A stretch of 64,000 nt of DNA. It comes from Candidatus Poribacteria bacterium. Lineage in GTDB: Bacteria > Poribacteria > WGA-4E > WGA-3G. Where the stretch lies: assembly GCA_965215265.1 (NCBI GenBank), contig OZ244048.1:704001-768000 (forward strand), written 5' to 3'. The translations under genes and the position numbers were made by a program. A model generated the notes under the pieces. It saw only the letters and a list, made by a program, of their open reading frames with translations, had not been told where the DNA came from and made no database searches. This document shows positions 61,663 through 64,000 of this stretch, piece after piece (the stretch's first letter is position 1; the number at the start of each line of letters is the position of its first letter).

Positions 61663-62319
61663 TTATTTTGTAGTTGTTGAAGTTCCTGCAAACAATGTCG
61701 GTTCGCCAAAGACGAAGTGGTCACACAAGCTTCTTTCTAACTCGTTTACTTCTATTATGAGTATCTTTGTCCCTAAAGGTATATCAAATTCAATATACGT
61801 TCCTGAATCCTGAAGACGCAATTCTTTGGATTGGTATATATATTTCCGATCTGAAAATGCTAAAATCTGCATCGATGCAGCACCGTTGTTCTCAGGATTG
61901 ACGAGGGCGAAATATGCACCAAACCGAGTCGGTTCTATTCCTGAAATATCATATTTCAGCACGCTGGTTGCATGTGAATATATCCAGTGCTCCCAGAAAT
62001 GCCTTTCTGGAAAGTTTTTGTAAGAAGGTGGTTTTGGTGTTTGTGTGCCATCTGGTCTTTGCTCCCACACCCCCGCAACCCAGCCACTCCATTCAGGGAA
62101 ATGATTGATGGGGATTAAAGAATTTGCAGAGTTGTGTGTAAGCGTAAGGAGAATATCATCGGCAGGTGGTTCCTCGGCAGGTGGTTCTGGTGGCACGACT
62201 ACATACCTCACCTCTTTATTTCCGCCACATGAAGTGAGCGACACACACAACACTGCGATAAGCAACAAGTTAATTATCGTTACCACGATGCCTTTTTTCG
62301 GGTTCATCCAATCTTTCAT
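61663..62319 (-). CDS. lipoprotein with NPCBM/NEW2-like domain (tandem paralog)
   Basis: Lipobox LTSC; shares DILLTLTHNSANSLIP and later blocks with 61065-61652. Confidence 0.7.
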   Translation of the reverse strand: MKDWMNPKKGIVVTIINLLLIAVLCVSLTSCGGNKEVRYVVVPPEPPAEEPPADDILLTLTHNSANSLIPINHFPEWSGWVAGVWEQRPDGTQTPKPPSYKNFPERHFWEHWIYSHATSVLKYDISGIEPTRFGAYFALVNPENNGAASMQILAFSDRKYIYQSKELRLQDSGTYIEFDIPLGTKILIIEVNELERSLCDHFVFGEPTLFAGTSTTTK

Positions 62320-62462
62320 TTCAAAATATCCTTTCGGACGATGTGTCCGTTGTCGATGCGGTTATCGCATCGGTTAGGTTTATAAGTCATTATCGGTTTG
62401 ATTGCGGGCGGGCAGGCGTGCAGGGGCCCGGGGCCTCCGCAAGTGAACACCGCACGCACAAG

Positions 62463-62512
62463 AAAAAAAGCCCGCAACGGCACCCACCGTCCGAGACGGG
62501 AGGCGTGCAGGC
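62463..62512 (-). terminator. putative intrinsic terminator/attenuator inside the leader
   Basis: GCCTGCA..CCGTC-TCG-GACGG..TGCGGGC followed by T7. Confidence 0.5.
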
Positions 62513-62566
62513 ATAAGAAAGCAGCGACGAAGGTAGATGTAGATGCTGCCTGAGTTAATAAAAGGG

Positions 62567-62725
62567 TTAATTTACGTGAAGTAAGGGGGGGGGGGTCAAT
62601 CGTCTTAACAGGGACTTAAAACACACGACAGCACTGCGTACGCACGCGTTCGCACCAAAACTACAACCCCGCACCACGGGGCAGCTCGTTCTACTTATGG
62701 GGTACACGGACTCTCGGTATTTCAT
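62567..62725 (-). CDS. putative leader peptide (52 aa) with C11 tract encoding PPP
   Basis: MKYRES..AVVCFKSLLRRLTPPPLLHVN*; homologous to 10632-10814; too short for the ORF track. Confidence 0.5.
   Translation of the reverse strand: MKYRESVYPISRTSCPVVRGCSFGANACVRSAVVCFKSLLRRLTPPPLLHVN
62585..62595. repeat. G11 homopolymer (C11 on transcribed strand)
   Basis: Direct reading. Confidence 0.95.
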
Positions 62726-62760
62726 CTGTTCGATTTTTCCCTGTCTGATTCAAGTGAATG

Positions 62761-62903
62761 CATTTTATTAGAAAACAACGTTTTTTGTCTGACTCAAAGG
62801 TTAGTTTGCATTATCGCATAACGAACGTTTGTTTGTCAACTCTTTTTTTCCGAAATAAAAAATCAACGAAAACATTCTATCAGAAAACAACGCTTTTTGT
62901 CAA
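62761..62903 (-). promoter_or_regulatory. three related tandem promoter-like units
   Basis: TTGACA-18-TAGAAT (62874-62903), TTGACA-18-GATAAT (62810-62839) and a degenerate copy at 62761-62791. Confidence 0.6.
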
Positions 62904-63156
62904 ACTTTTTTTTGCCTGACTTAGATGTATTGAATCATAACAACGTAAATCTCTGGCGAGATTTGTGCTAAGGCGTTCATTAAAGCAGGCGGTGTTGCGC
63001 TGAAATATACAAATATCTGCCATGGGTGGCGAGCATGGAGAGATAACCCCAAAAAGAAAAGCCGCCGATTACGAAACAGGAAATAGGCGGTTTTTCTATT
63101 AGGAGCTCACAGATGCCTGAGACTCATGTTCTCTGCGTTTCCACTTTTCTCAAATT

Positions 63157-63999
63157 CTATTCATCGGATTCATCCGGATAGTCAATAGACCAGTTGCCAC
63201 GTCCATCACCTGAAGGTACATCGCGCCAGAGTGCCAAGAAATGCTCGGGAGCGTTGTGCTCCACGAGATGTGCGATAAATAACTGGTGCAATTCCGTAAC
63301 GAGAGCCCCATTGTCTTCAGCGATGTTGTTCTCTGCTAATAGATCAACGGACAGATCAAAGAGTTCGGGTGTGCCGTTCTCCCCGATAGGTGCGTAACCC
63401 CAACGTTCGGTGGCGAGGAAAGGCGTTGTTGCACGGCGTGGTACAGTGCCATCCCGTGCGGCGATGTGGCAGCCTGTTACCGCGTAATCACGATGCTGCG
63501 AATCACCGCTCAGGAGTGCAGTTGCGAAGGAACGTCCTTCAAACGGTTTGGGCGGTTCAACACGGACACCTGCCAATTCGCAAAGTGTTGGCATAATATC
63601 CATAGGTTGTGCAATAAGTTCTAGGCGTTGTCCACAAGGTACATCTGCGCCTGCAATTAGGAACATCTCGTGGTTAATCTCTGGATAAGTGGGCCAGTAG
63701 CGCGGGTCTTCCGGGTCTATGTTAGATTTGCCAGTCCGTCCGTGTTCACCAATTGACATTCCGTGGTCAGACATAACAACGAGGAGGGTATCGTTCCATA
63801 ACTCCAGATCCGCCACCTTCTCAAGGATCCGCCCAATATGCCGGTCTACGAGTTCGGATTCCGCAGCATAATGCGCCCATAAGTTGTGCAGCTCTGCATC
63901 AGTATAGAGTGAGGACATCCCGTAGTTCGGATGGAGCATCGGTGCGCCTGTGTAATCCTGATCGTAACGTTTGACGATATATTCAGGCGGATCCCAGGG
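63157..63999 (-). CDS. sulfatase family protein, C-terminal part (starts outside the window)
   Basis: PWDPP, VDRHIG, MSDHG, DIMPTL, ELFDL. Confidence 0.85.
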   Translation of the reverse strand, partial: PWDPPEYIVKRYDQDYTGAPMLHPNYGMSSLYTDAELHNLWAHYAAESELVDRHIGRILEKVADLELWNDTLLVVMSDHGMSIGEHGRTGKSNIDPEDPRYWPTYPEINHEMFLIAGADVPCGQRLELIAQPMDIMPTLCELAGVRVEPPKPFEGRSFATALLSGDSQHRDYAVTGCHIAARDGTVPRRATTPFLATERWGYAPIGENGTPELFDLSVDLLAENNIAEDNGALVTELHQLFIAHLVEHNAPEHFLALWRDVPSGDGRGNWSIDYPDESDE

Positions 64000-64000
64000 T

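Noticed and set aside
58022-64000. Complete DGR cassette
   Set aside because: I found no reverse transcriptase, avd gene or AAC-rich template repeat in the window.

Overview
Bacterial chromosomal segment, probably Candidatus Poribacteria. This is an inference from a LamG protein ending AVEPxDKLxxxWGxLK, PhyH dioxygenases, sulfatases, two DUF6785-like membrane proteins and a PorU-like C25 peptidase. The housekeeping core holds a tRNA cluster, tig-clpP-clpX-lon, pdxA, asd, hup, an aminotransferase, a J-protein and mtnK. Accessory regions: (i) a DUF1592/lactonase/DUF1552 operon; (ii) a SNF2-nuclease / DUF1156 adenine methyltransferase / DUF499 ATPase defence module whose methyltransferase has one in-frame TAG; (iii) a decayed islet with a HEAT-repeat gene, a phosphorothioate-binding restriction pseudogene and an IS630 remnant; (iv) a lipoprotein island with an Rpn remnant and an FGE-domain gene that looks like an orphan DGR target. 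Main observation: two unlinked, homologous leader ORFs (10632-10814 and 62567-62725, minus strand) carry C9 and C11 tracts encoding PPP. As assembled they stop five codons after PPP. With one extra C, each reads on to the start codon of the downstream gene, which suggests a homopolymer-switched leader-peptide control element upstream of a DNA methyltransferase and a surface-lipoprotein cluster. All family assignments are from motif recognition by eye; no searches were run.
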